The translations under genes were made by a program, and so were the position numbers. A stretch of 41,642 nucleotides of DNA from the IMG/VR virus record IMGVR_UViG_3300027749_000208, positions 1 through 41,642 of that record, one strand, 5' to 3'. The stretch is from a virus. Its lineage: Duplodnaviria > Caudoviricetes. The notes under the pieces were generated by a model. That model had not been told where the DNA came from. It worked only from the letters and a program-made list of their open reading frames with translations, and made no database searches. Positions 1 through 9,044 of this stretch are shown in pieces. How positions within the stretch are numbered: position 1 is the first letter of the stretch; the number at the start of each line of letters is the position of its first letter.

Positions 1-125
1 CGAAAGACTGGGCGGTGAGTCATGTTCTTGAAAAGTAATGTTTCTTCTTCGCCATTTTCGGCAGCAAGTACAAGGGTTTCAAAGTCAATAGCCTTGACTT
101 TTTGCCAAGAGGCACCCTTCTTAAT
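1..125. repeat. Exact 125-bp copy of 40636-40760 (shared flank of the swapped cassette); diverged similarity continues to ~190
   Basis: Direct base comparison; first mismatch at 126 (c) vs 40761 (t). Confidence 0.95.
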
Positions 126-3100
126 CTCAACTCTTTTACCTTCATTGACTGCATCAATCATATCTGATTGCAATTTGATTGTGGCTTCTTTTAGTCTTTC
201 TTGCCGTGCAGTGCTTGTGCTAGGTTTGCGACCCACTCCGACTGTTCCGCTTCGGACATTTGATAAAAGTTCTTCGGGATTGACACGAACAACCGTTCCT
301 TCCCCGAAGATGCTGTCGGGGTGCTTTTCGTATTCTGATTTTCCAAGGCTGCCACCCGTTCCTCCTGTTGATATTTCTTTAGAGTTCTTTATATCCCAGA
401 TACTGTACTGGTCACGATTAGTGCCAAGTGTAGTAGCAATATCTTCTTTGGCAACATTGTCAGAGAAGTCCAAGACTAATTCTTTAGCCTGCTTATTGTA
501 CCAACCACCAAAGTGAAGCGTTGGGTCTTTCTCAAACACAGCACGATTCTTTTCAAGGTACTGCTTGATATGACCAATAGTTTCATCAACGCTTTGTGAA
601 GGTAGAGTTACCCCACCAGTAGCGCGAGCAACCATATAACCACTTTTTGGAGAGTCATAGGTTACGCCATTGACAGAAAAGCCACCAGCATGAATACGGT
701 TAGCAAGTTCTTGTTCAAGAGTTAAAGGGCCTTGCCATGGTTCGCTGCGTGGGTGCTCCATTGGCTTATCACCAATACGACCTGGGCGACCAGATGGAGT
801 CTCAATGTACTGTTCTACTGAGTGGAATGTGCCACCCTTGGCGTAACGGTCAGCGATTGACTTAACCCCAGATGTAGAAAGAGAACGAGCCTCGTTAATG
901 TCAAAGCGAGTTGAAGAACCGTGGTATGTAACCTTTGATTCTAAGTCAGATAGTGCGCCTAGGAGAAGTTTAACTTCATCTTGTACGCGTAGTGGTCGTC
1001 CACCCTTTTCGGGCATTGGACCTTGACGTTCAACGAAACCTTTTTGGCTATCTAGTAACTCACCCAAGCGTTGGTTAATATGCTTAGCCATCTGGTCACT
1101 GGTCATGTCATCGTTGCGTAGTGCATCAACGTAGCGACCAACTTCATCGGCTAGAACTTTGGAATCATCTGTTCGACCAAGAATCACATTGATGTGGTCA
1201 CCTAAACGTGAGAATCCAGTCTTACGGTTATTGAAGAAGCGTGCTGCTCCCTCTTTACCGTTGGCAAGAAACATACCTGGAAGGGCAAAGCCCTTAGCAG
1301 CCATAGACAGTTGAGCCTCTGTTACGTTTCGGACTGTATATCCAAGGCGCATGAGTACAGATGTTTTAAAAATATCATTGACGGTATCAAGGGCTGCTAA
1401 GCCCTTCTGTCCACGCAATGCTAAATCTTGTGTGTCAATGCTTGAAAGAATTGTCTTAAGAGAACCTTCATGTGCATCAATAGCGTATTTAAGTTTACGC
1501 ATGTCAGCAATGATTACAGTGTTGGCTGCTTCGCGGTTAAGCATTGGAGCAACTGCATGCTGGATAGTATCGCCTACGAAGTAGGAAATAAAACCTTGGT
1601 CTTTATGCTTTGCAATGGCACCAGCACGGCGTGAATCAAACAACTGATATAGAGTATCAATTTCATCTGATGAATACTGTGGAAATAAATGTCCAAGTGC
1701 TGACTGCTCTGCCTTAGTAATAGCATCTAAGCGTTCTACTTCTGTTGCAGCATTAAGGTAGTTATCTGCAAGGACACGACCCTTAGCGCCAAAGGTACGA
1801 CCAGATAAGTCATTGACTTCACGCAAGAATGTATTGAACTCTTGGAAAGAGTTACCATCGTTGACATTGAATACACCGCTTGGTAAGTCCTCGCGGAAGT
1901 AATTAACAACTTTAATAACTGGGTGAAGGCTTGTCTTTTGGAAAGTCTCAATTCCTGGCTCACCAAATGTACGGGCTGCTTGCTTTTCGCCAGCCTTAAT
2001 TGATGCGCCCTTTGAAATACCACGCTCGAAACCATATTTAAGTTGTGTACCGCCAGTGGCAACTTTATCTAGTGCCATTGAGTAGCGAGTATCCGTTGCA
2101 ATTAAATCTGTTACATAACTAGAGATAGCAGCGTTATGTTCTTCTGATACAAGAATGTCGCCTTGTAGTTTGCCATCTAATAACTGGCGCTCAGCATGTG
2201 AAGGACCATCAAGAAACTTCTCAAGAACTAAACCAGTCTCTGGGTCACGCTCAGCAAGGGCAGCCATAGCCTTTGTATTCTTGCCAGTAATAGCACTGAA
2301 TACTTCGCCAACTTCTTCTACAGTTTTAGTACGACCAAAGAGAAATGCCATAGCATCAGGGTTGGTAACCTTCTTCTTTGCCCAGTATCCTGCTTGTCCA
2401 GCAGCATCTGTTTCTGCTAAGTACTGTAAGTCTTTAGCAGCAGGGCCTTCGCCCTTAACACCAGCAGCAACTAAAGCATCAACCTTTTCAGGTGTCATTG
2501 CTAACTTACCAAATACAGCACGAGCCATACGCCCGTTAATCTGGTCAAGCATTGTTGCCTTTGATGCAATTACTGCACCTTTGCCAAGAAATCCCGTAAA
2601 GGTAAGTGGGTCAATGACCGTAGATGCAACAACATCTTCCATACCAGATATAAACTTACCTGTGTATTGGTCTTGGAAAGCAGCCTTGCGGTCCTCGGCA
2701 TTAAAGATGTCAAAGCCTGCAGACATAAAGCGTAGGTTGTTATCTGTCCAGTCTTGGAAGAAACCGCTACGGTCTGCTGAGTTTTTGCCAGGTGATAAAA
2801 GTGAGAGTGTTGCTTGACCTAAAGAAATCTGGTCTTTGTTTGCATCAACACGAGTCTTGTAAGCATCATAAGTTTCATCAGTGTTCTTAAACTTGTTATA
2901 CATCAAAGGCGTATCAAGGATACCCTTTTCAATTGCTTGGCGTGCAACGCCACCCAACTTGTAGGATTCTTCACCTACGGCAAGTACACCTTTAACGGCA
3001 GCACGAACTGGAGTGCTTCCAATTTTACCAATATCTTTTGCTACGTTTAAACTGTCAACATACCAAGGGTCGCTGTTAGACATTGAAGTAGATAAGTCAT

Positions 3101-3173
3101 GGTATAAACCTGTGAGTCCAGTAAAGTCGGACACACCTTTAGCCATCTTGCCAATGGAATCAAACCAACTCAT
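3..3173 (-). CDS. Giant internal virion (ejection) protein, N-terminal ~1057 aa including cassette allele A; runs off the left end and continues at 40635->37479 on the circle (~2109 aa total)
   Basis: ATG at 3173-3171 overlaps the TGA of the upstream gene (ATGA). Frame read manually MSWFDSIGKMAKG...FKNMTHRPVF with no stop; absent from the ORF track because it has no stop in the window. Bases 1-125 equal 40636-40760, in frame with the 37479 ORF. Confidence 0.85.
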   Translation of the reverse strand, partial: MSWFDSIGKMAKGVSDFTGLTGLYHDLSTSMSNSDPWYVDSLNVAKDIGKIGSTPVRAAVKGVLAVGEESYKLGGVARQAIEKGILDTPLMYNKFKNTDETYDAYKTRVDANKDQISLGQATLSLLSPGKNSADRSGFFQDWTDNNLRFMSAGFDIFNAEDRKAAFQDQYTGKFISGMEDVVASTVIDPLTFTGFLGKGAVIASKATMLDQINGRMARAVFGKLAMTPEKVDALVAAGVKGEGPAAKDLQYLAETDAAGQAGYWAKKKVTNPDAMAFLFGRTKTVEEVGEVFSAITGKNTKAMAALAERDPETGLVLEKFLDGPSHAERQLLDGKLQGDILVSEEHNAAISSYVTDLIATDTRYSMALDKVATGGTQLKYGFERGISKGASIKAGEKQAARTFGEPGIETFQKTSLHPVIKVVNYFREDLPSGVFNVNDGNSFQEFNTFLREVNDLSGRTFGAKGRVLADNYLNAATEVERLDAITKAEQSALGHLFPQYSSDEIDTLYQLFDSRRAGAIAKHKDQGFISYFVGDTIQHAVAPMLNREAANTVIIADMRKLKYAIDAHEGSLKTILSSIDTQDLALRGQKGLAALDTVNDIFKTSVLMRLGYTVRNVTEAQLSMAAKGFALPGMFLANGKEGAARFFNNRKTGFSRLGDHINVILGRTDDSKVLADEVGRYVDALRNDDMTSDQMAKHINQRLGELLDSQKGFVERQGPMPEKGGRPLRVQDEVKLLLGALSDLESKVTYHGSSTRFDINEARSLSTSGVKSIADRYAKGGTFHSVEQYIETPSGRPGRIGDKPMEHPRSEPWQGPLTLEQELANRIHAGGFSVNGVTYDSPKSGYMVARATGGVTLPSQSVDETIGHIKQYLEKNRAVFEKDPTLHFGGWYNKQAKELVLDFSDNVAKEDIATTLGTNRDQYSIWDIKNSKEISTGGTGGSLGKSEYEKHPDSIFGEGTVVRVNPEELLSNVRSGTVGVGRKPSTSTARQERLKEATIKLQSDMIDAVNEGKRVEIKKGASWQKVKAIDFETLVLAAENGEEETLLFKNMTHRPVF
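779..905. repeat. Exact 127-bp copy of 41516-41642 (other shared flank of the cassette)
   Basis: Direct base comparison; the match extends to 762/41499 with one mismatch at 778. Confidence 0.95.
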
Positions 3174-3628
3174 TGTGCTGTTGGCGTTCCTATTTGGCTT
3201 TTAAGGGCGCGGTAAAAGTTACGAGTTGCATTACTTGCATTAGGCATCTCCGCGATGCGAGCGTATATTGGAAGTACGGCTGCAAGTCTAGCCATATCCT
3301 CATTGTTTTGTGCTTGTAGATAAGCAGTTGATGGTAGAAGTTCCATGCCACCGCCAGGACCAGTTGCTGCTCCTGTTGCTGGGTGCTCATCTGGGCGTTG
3401 TGTTGGTGCATCAAGTGCAACACGCTTTTCATCCATGTTCATTACAGGTGCTTTTCCACCTACACCTTTAGGTGTTGTAACGCCTGACTTATTCATCTTT
3501 GCTGATGATTCTAATTCTTGAAAATCTTGGGCATTGTCAACGCCAGAAACATAGTTTGCTGCTTGACCTGAACTGCCTGCACCGCCCGTAGCGGAGACTT
3601 GAAAGTTTTTTGCTGCTTCGACTGCCAT
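3170..3628 (-). CDS. Hypothetical virion-associated protein (152 aa)
   Basis: ORF with AAGGA SD in the late operon; ATGA-coupled to the giant protein. Confidence 0.75.
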   Translation of the reverse strand: MAVEAAKNFQVSATGGAGSSGQAANYVSGVDNAQDFQELESSAKMNKSGVTTPKGVGGKAPVMNMDEKRVALDAPTQRPDEHPATGAATGPGGGMELLPSTAYLQAQNNEDMARLAAVLPIYARIAEMPNASNATRNFYRALKSQIGTPTAQ

Positions 3629-3696
3629 TGTTTTATCCTTCGCTATAAGAGCGGTATTGTGAATGGACAGTTTTTAATCATGTCCAGGATTGATAA

Positions 3697-3885
3697 TTAC
3701 TTTGAACCGCGTGTGCCTGATGGTTGTGTTGTAAACATCGTTGTAGATGCCTTAGGCTTGCCACCTTTAGGCGTACCTGTCTTAACTGGTTGCGCGATGT
3801 TTGCCTTTGCCATTCCACCCTGATTAGCGGGCTTTGAGCCTTTTCCAGGTTGGTTCTTTGGCTTAACTGGATTTCCAAATGCCAT
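3697..3885 (-). CDS. Small Lys/Gly/Pro-rich basic protein (62 aa, MAFGNPVKPK...)
   Basis: Strong GGAGGAGG SD before ATG at 3885, directly after the portal stop. Confidence 0.7.
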   Translation of the reverse strand: MAFGNPVKPKNQPGKGSKPANQGGMAKANIAQPVKTGTPKGGKPKASTTMFTTQPSGTRGSK

Positions 3886-3901
3886 GGTTTTCCTCCTCCC
3901 C

Positions 3902-5719
3902 TTAGATAGGTTGTCGCCGTGCGACAGTTGCTTGTAGTTGAGGTTCGCCACGAGAACCAAGAGATGCTAGTAGCGATTGAATATCTGGTCTACCACCTGG
4001 GGCCATTTGCCCTGGAGCGACTCCCTGCATACGACCCGAAGGATTTAGTCCTGGAGGTAGTTGTTCTTGCCCCGCACCTGCTGGAACCGCACCTGGTTGC
4101 CCTAATTCGGGACTTACTCCTGCAGGGGTAGCAGCAGGTGGGGGATTCTGAGGTGCCCATGCCTTTTGGATAGCAACTTCTATTGCTGTTCCCTTTTGGC
4201 GTTCGCTAATGACGGTAGAAAGTTTCATAAGAATGTCAGAAGGGTCTTGTCCTTGTGAGGCAAGGGCTGGAATAGCCTGTGCGTATGAAGCAATCGCTTG
4301 TTTCATGGCATCGCGCAGTTCTTCCGTCTCAACTTTTTCTTCTTCTTGTGTTGCATTAAAGTTAAATGGCATCTGTCGGCGTAGGAAATCGCGTGAGATT
4401 AACTTATCACCTCGTGCTTGTAGTCCAAAGACCAGTGCACGGTTAGGGTCCAGACCAGCCATGAGTCCGTATTGGACATCTACGGTGTAGTCACTATCAA
4501 TATCACGACTTGGCTTATATTTAATGTTGTACGGCGTACCATTAAAGATACCCGATAGTGTTTTTTCCTTGTTACCAAAGATTTTTTCGTCTGTCTTGAG
4601 TGCTAAGGCTAGTAATTCTGTGAATACACGGGCAAACATTGAGTGTGCTGTCTTGATTTGTGTATCAAAACCACCCATAAGTGCTTGAACACCACGGCCT
4701 GTGATGATAGAAGCATCTGAATTACCTGTTCGTGTCTCTGGATAACGTGAACCTAAGCGGAGTTCACTTTCAAGAACATGCTGCTGTTGGAAAGTATTAG
4801 CAGGTATTTCAAGCGGGACTCTGCGAATTTCATTAGGCTTACTGGAACGCATAATTGCATCTGGTCCAAGGGCTAACTCCTGTACATCCTGAGGCATCGC
4901 TATCGGTGCCTGTACTGATTTGGTTGCTGCTTCCAAAGAAAGCAATGCATAACGTGCTTTAGCAACCTGAATTGCTAGTACATCATCGAACTGTCCTCGT
5001 GCTTGGTCATCAATAGATGGTCGGCGTACAATGCGAACCATACATTCGCCCATCTCATTGACTGCCTTATCTAAAATAAGGTTACTTCTTTGAGGTAAAA
5101 ACAGTACATCTTGGTCTTTATCGTGGAAACGAATGACCTCTGACATAGATGATTGACTATTCTTGTCATAAATCAAGTGTGCAATCTCTGGATACTGTGA
5201 CATTAGTTCCTGAGTTGGCTTGTTAATGCGCTGGAAGAACATCGTGCATCGTCCAAAGCGGTCAATAACTGGGTATGAACCCATAGAATCAAGGAAACGG
5301 ATACGAGGCATCATGGCATCGTAATCAATTTCAACCTGTGCAGGAACAAACCCGTAAGTTACATAGCGGTCAGCAGCAACAAACATCTGTGACTGTAAAT
5401 CGGAGAAGTCAACGTATCCGTTAACAATTTCTTCGCGCTTGTCAGCCTTCTTGCGAACTGTCTCAGATACCATAGATGTTGAGTTGCAGTTAAAGGCTGG
5501 AAGTGGAGCGATTGTTTCGGATAAGTCACGGGCAGCAATGTCAACCATATTAGCCACGATAGGATTTTCAAAAGGACCATCGGGGAATAAATCAGGGTAA
5601 ACATCACGCATCCTACCTTGACGAACTAGCAGAACTTGGTTCATACGCTGGTCGCGGTCATCGTACATACGCCGATAACGGTCATAAGTATCTTTGATTT
5701 CGGAAATGGAGAGCGCCAT
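3902..5719 (-). CDS. Portal protein
   Basis: 605 aa directly downstream of terminase; helical body with Gln/Pro/Gly-rich C-tail typical of podovirus-like portals; GGAGG SD. Confidence 0.85.
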   Translation of the reverse strand: MALSISEIKDTYDRYRRMYDDRDQRMNQVLLVRQGRMRDVYPDLFPDGPFENPIVANMVDIAARDLSETIAPLPAFNCNSTSMVSETVRKKADKREEIVNGYVDFSDLQSQMFVAADRYVTYGFVPAQVEIDYDAMMPRIRFLDSMGSYPVIDRFGRCTMFFQRINKPTQELMSQYPEIAHLIYDKNSQSSMSEVIRFHDKDQDVLFLPQRSNLILDKAVNEMGECMVRIVRRPSIDDQARGQFDDVLAIQVAKARYALLSLEAATKSVQAPIAMPQDVQELALGPDAIMRSSKPNEIRRVPLEIPANTFQQQHVLESELRLGSRYPETRTGNSDASIITGRGVQALMGGFDTQIKTAHSMFARVFTELLALALKTDEKIFGNKEKTLSGIFNGTPYNIKYKPSRDIDSDYTVDVQYGLMAGLDPNRALVFGLQARGDKLISRDFLRRQMPFNFNATQEEEKVETEELRDAMKQAIASYAQAIPALASQGQDPSDILMKLSTVISERQKGTAIEVAIQKAWAPQNPPPAATPAGVSPELGQPGAVPAGAGQEQLPPGLNPSGRMQGVAPGQMAPGGRPDIQSLLASLGSRGEPQLQATVARRQPI

Positions 5720-5735
5720 ATCTACCTCCTGTCTT

Positions 5736-7598
5736 TTATATTGTTATTAAGTCGGATAAGGAAACGGTCATTTGTTGAGACTTGTCATAACGCGTATGGA
5801 ACATGGAGGCATTGTTATGATTACGAGCATATATGTTTGCGCTATTGATTCTGTCTCGCACGGCGAGTTCAGTAAACCAAAGTGCCATTACACAGTCAGT
5901 CTTTTGTGATTTAGGTGCATCTGGATACCAAGTAACCAACTGCTCAATGAGAGCCTTGAGTCCTTCTGATGCATGAGTAGAAGGAAACTCTATAAGAGCA
6001 TTACCTTCTTGATACCCATGGAAAAGTGTGGTTAGAGATGCAACACCGAAATCGGTATCCCATTTGTTTTGGCCCGTATGATGTTCTCGTAGGGTTGCAC
6101 CTCTAGCCGATAGGTATTCTCGTACCTCACGGTCCTGAGTTAACATTGCTTGAAAAGCATTTTTTTCTACACGCCACTCAGAGATTTTGTATTTGTCGGT
6201 CCAGTCTTTAATTAAACTTCTAATATCGTCAGGTTTCATGCCAGGAACATTTGACACGTCAAGCAAGTACCGTTTTTGTGTGTTGATGTCTACACCCATA
6301 CATACGGCTGCCGTATAACCTGACATTGCGGGGTCAAGCCCTGCCACAATAACCAAACCATCCATACCGTGGTGGCGGTTACCTGCTTTGCCTTTAGGAA
6401 TTAAGCCAATGTTGCGTGCTCCGTTAATAACACCCTTGACTGCTGCTCCTGGGAAGGCTGAATCTTCATGTACCTGTTGTTGCTGATAAACCATTGCCCA
6501 CAAGTTAGGTGAGATACGCCCACGCTTTTTAAATAGAGCAGGTCCTGACCATTTATCGTATAGTCCGTTTTCGTCAGGGATACCTTTACCAGATACGGGT
6601 GGCATATTAGTCTTAGGCCAAAGCGTTACCCAGTCATTCGGGTCATCTGCAAACTCAAGGACAGCGGGTTGGGCAAAGTATGTCCAAGGGCTTTCCTCAT
6701 CAGGGTAGCGCATAGGGTCGCGCAGTTCTGAATATAAGTCTTTAGGGCGTAGGCGTGTACCTACAACAAGTAACTTACCGCCGTCATTGTCAATACGCGA
6801 CATAACTTCTGACTGAATCCAGTCAATCTGGCGTTCGTACTCATGGGCGTTGGTATGGTCAACACAGTCGTCCATGATGATTAAGTCAGCACGGGAACCG
6901 TAGATATGTCCACGAATACCAATGGCCTGAACAGTAGGGTCCTTTTCACCAGAGTCGCGTGACTCCGAAGAAAGGTAAATTAAGTCCTGCTTCCATGAAT
7001 CCGAATTTTTTTCAAATCCGCCTGGAGGTCCAAAGGCGAGATGTAAGTCTTGATACCTTGGATGGGTGAGTCGGTTTTTTATGGAGAGCAGGAACTTTTG
7101 CGCCATAGCCTGTGTCTTAGATACCACCATTATTCTGATGTTGGGGTTCTGGCAAATCCGATATACGGCATAGTTGACCGTGATGGTTGTAGACTTAGCG
7201 TGCTCAGGTGGTGTATTAACAATCAATAAGTCGGAGGCACCTGGCTCATATACAATGGCTGGGTGCACATCAGTGATGGGTCTGGATTCTAATAAGTCAA
7301 TCCAATGCTTCTGATGTGCGAATACTTCTGTGCCTAGATACTTAAGAGAGAACTCGTCAAAGGGTGGTACCTCAACGGTACCGCTCTGGAGTTCGCCACG
7401 GGCGGTCATGGACCGCACCTTGTCTATTTGCAATCCGAAGGATGGGTCAGTCTTACGGTAGTACTCGTAAGTTTTGACACTTCTGCCTACGGCATCCATT
7501 GCTTTCTGGACTGAGTAGCCTTGCATAAGGAACTCAATGACTTGCTTCTTAATAGCATCTGCATTTAAAGATGCTGCGCTTTTTGGCTTTTTTTCCAT
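5736..7598 (-). CDS. terL: Terminase large subunit with N-terminal HTH extension
   Basis: Walker A NTPPEHAKST, Walker B IIMDD, coupling motif VGTR, RNase H-like nuclease GLDPA...E...KTDCVMALW. Confidence 0.93.
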   Translation of the reverse strand: MEKKPKSAASLNADAIKKQVIEFLMQGYSVQKAMDAVGRSVKTYEYYRKTDPSFGLQIDKVRSMTARGELQSGTVEVPPFDEFSLKYLGTEVFAHQKHWIDLLESRPITDVHPAIVYEPGASDLLIVNTPPEHAKSTTITVNYAVYRICQNPNIRIMVVSKTQAMAQKFLLSIKNRLTHPRYQDLHLAFGPPGGFEKNSDSWKQDLIYLSSESRDSGEKDPTVQAIGIRGHIYGSRADLIIMDDCVDHTNAHEYERQIDWIQSEVMSRIDNDGGKLLVVGTRLRPKDLYSELRDPMRYPDEESPWTYFAQPAVLEFADDPNDWVTLWPKTNMPPVSGKGIPDENGLYDKWSGPALFKKRGRISPNLWAMVYQQQQVHEDSAFPGAAVKGVINGARNIGLIPKGKAGNRHHGMDGLVIVAGLDPAMSGYTAAVCMGVDINTQKRYLLDVSNVPGMKPDDIRSLIKDWTDKYKISEWRVEKNAFQAMLTQDREVREYLSARGATLREHHTGQNKWDTDFGVASLTTLFHGYQEGNALIEFPSTHASEGLKALIEQLVTWYPDAPKSQKTDCVMALWFTELAVRDRINSANIYARNHNNASMFHTRYDKSQQMTVSLSDLITI

Positions 7599-7764
7599 AG
7601 GCTGCGTAGCAGAAACACTAACTTGTTTGTGTGTTTCGCTTAACTCACTTTCCTAACCGTAGGCTGTAGCCCCAAGGCGGAAGCCGTAGGTTAGGGCTTT
7701 ATTTAGGGTATCAGCCTAAGGGCTGATTGCTTACTAGCGAGGGGCGGAAATAAAGAAGCCCCTC

Positions 7765-7793
7765 ACTATAGTATTAGGTGTCCAGAAGGACAC
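7765..7793 (-). promoter_or_regulatory. Candidate late promoter: GACAC-N7-TATAGT on - strand, with GACAC part of the inverted repeat GTGTCC-AGAA-GGACAC
   Basis: Lies upstream of terL. GACAC is the known WhiA-binding motif; function is inferred. Confidence 0.4.
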
Positions 7794-7812
7794 TGTTGGA
7801 CATACATACGCA

Positions 7813-7828
7813 TGTGATTTACATCACA
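7813..7828. promoter_or_regulatory. Perfect CRP/GlxR-type site TGTGA-N6-TCACA
   Basis: tgtga tttaca tcaca in the intergenic region between the divergent late and early operons. Confidence 0.55.
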
Positions 7829-7970
7829 TATACCTGTAGCAGTATAAGTGCAGGTCAGAGCCTACATGACCCCCCTATCAAAGTTATGTAGGTCTCTACA
7901 TATAGGCATATACGCACGCATATTTAAAAACCCTGGGTTCGCTCTCTGTCGTTCGCTCCCCTAATAACAA

Positions 7971-8012
7971 TGCTTGCACGCTTGCCCTGCTTGCACGTTG
8001 CTTGCTTGCTAG
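7971..8012. repeat. Iterated GCTTGC/TTGC short repeats near the putative genome end or packaging region
   Basis: tgcttgcacgcttgccctgcttgcacgttgcttgcttgcta in non-coding DNA. Confidence 0.5.
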
Positions 8013-8383
8013 TAAGTGAGCAGGTCTATCTCGCTTGAGCGCGACTACTCTTTAAGCGCGGGGGCATACACAGCGCCCCCCCTCCTCGTTTAAACGCTGC
8101 CCGCATCGCAGCGCATGCAGCGCCAAGGTAGTTGAAAGTTAAACTACCTCATAAGTTACTCATTGGTAACATCGCTAAAACCAGTTAAAATCATGGGCGA
8201 CAGCGATTATGTGAAATCATGCAATGGCTAAAACCAGTATAAATCAATGCTTTCAGCGCCTTACTCGTGAGTAACTTAGCCATGGCGCATCTATTGGCGC
8301 TCAAGCCTTAGCCATGCCCGCCCCTAATCGGGGCACGAATTGAGGGCACAATTAGCCTTGTGAGCAGCACTTATGCAGGGTGC

Positions 8384-8412
8384 TTGATATTCCTACAGCA
8401 CGAGAGTATTCT
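8384..8412 (+). promoter_or_regulatory. Sigma70/SigA-type early promoter TTGATA-N17-TATTCT
   Basis: Near-consensus hexamers with a 17-bp spacer ~50 bp before the first early gene. Confidence 0.65.
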
Positions 8413-8460
8413 CCGCGTAGCGGGTTTAAACAGTAAGCCCCTCAACCGTAAGGACTGGCA

Positions 8461-9042
8461 ATGAATCGTGAACAATGGCTCAACGAGTTAGCGAATCAGG
8501 CCCTGCCTGTAATCGCTCGAACTCTCGATAGTTATGCTCAATTCCGCGAGGAGGAATCGGCTGTACGCCTCTCCTGTGGGTTCCCTGCTCAGCAAGGCAA
8601 GCGCAACAAGGTTGCAGCCTGCATAGTGCCTCCTACCGCCTCCGATGATTTCAGCGGGGAGATATTCGTATCCCCTACGATTTCGCAGGGCAACGAGGTT
8701 GCCCTCGCTGTGCTGCCCCTATTGTGCGCCACAGTGACAGGCGACTATCGCAAGGGCGCTGCCTATCGTGAGGCACTCAAGCGCAACCGTTTAAACGCTG
8801 CAAGCCTGCCTGCATGGGCTGCTGCAATCGTGTCAACCTTGCCCGCTTACCCTCACGCTGCAATCACGCTGCAGCCTCAAGATAAGCAGACTACCCGCCT
8901 CCTCAAGGTTGCCTGCTTAGGTGACCTAATGAATGGCGAACAGCATGCAGCCTACATTGTGCGAATCTCTCGCACTACCCTTGCCAATTATGGCAGCCCA
9001 ATCTGCCCACTATGTGGTGCAGCACTAGCGGAAGGAATCTGA
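8461..9042 (+). CDS. SprT-like (zincin-fold) phage protein with degenerate HExxH motif and C-terminal Zn ribbon
   Basis: Family motifs REQWL, VRLSCGFP, EIFVSP, YPHAA, KQTTRLLK, PICPLCG. The position expected for HExxH reads LPLLCA. Confidence 0.65.
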   Translation: MNREQWLNELANQALPVIARTLDSYAQFREEESAVRLSCGFPAQQGKRNKVAACIVPPTASDDFSGEIFVSPTISQGNEVALAVLPLLCATVTGDYRKGAAYREALKRNRLNAASLPAWAAAIVSTLPAYPHAAITLQPQDKQTTRLLKVACLGDLMNGEQHAAYIVRISRTTLANYGSPICPLCGAALAEGI

Positions 9043-9044
9043 CC

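Noticed and set aside
1-905. Terminal matches read as true direct terminal repeats or a gene duplication
   Set aside because: The two matches are offset (1-125 = 40636-40760; 779-905 = 41516-41642), enclose different sequences, fall mid-gene and are about one k-mer long. This fits an allele bubble on a circular assembly.
22-2817. Track ORFs such as 22..516, 1351..1584, 2155..2817 and similar antisense ORFs elsewhere (28401..29051, 33088..33454, 38512..38775, 40657..40899)
   Set aside because: They are shadows of long genes on the opposite strand, with no SD or recognisable motifs.
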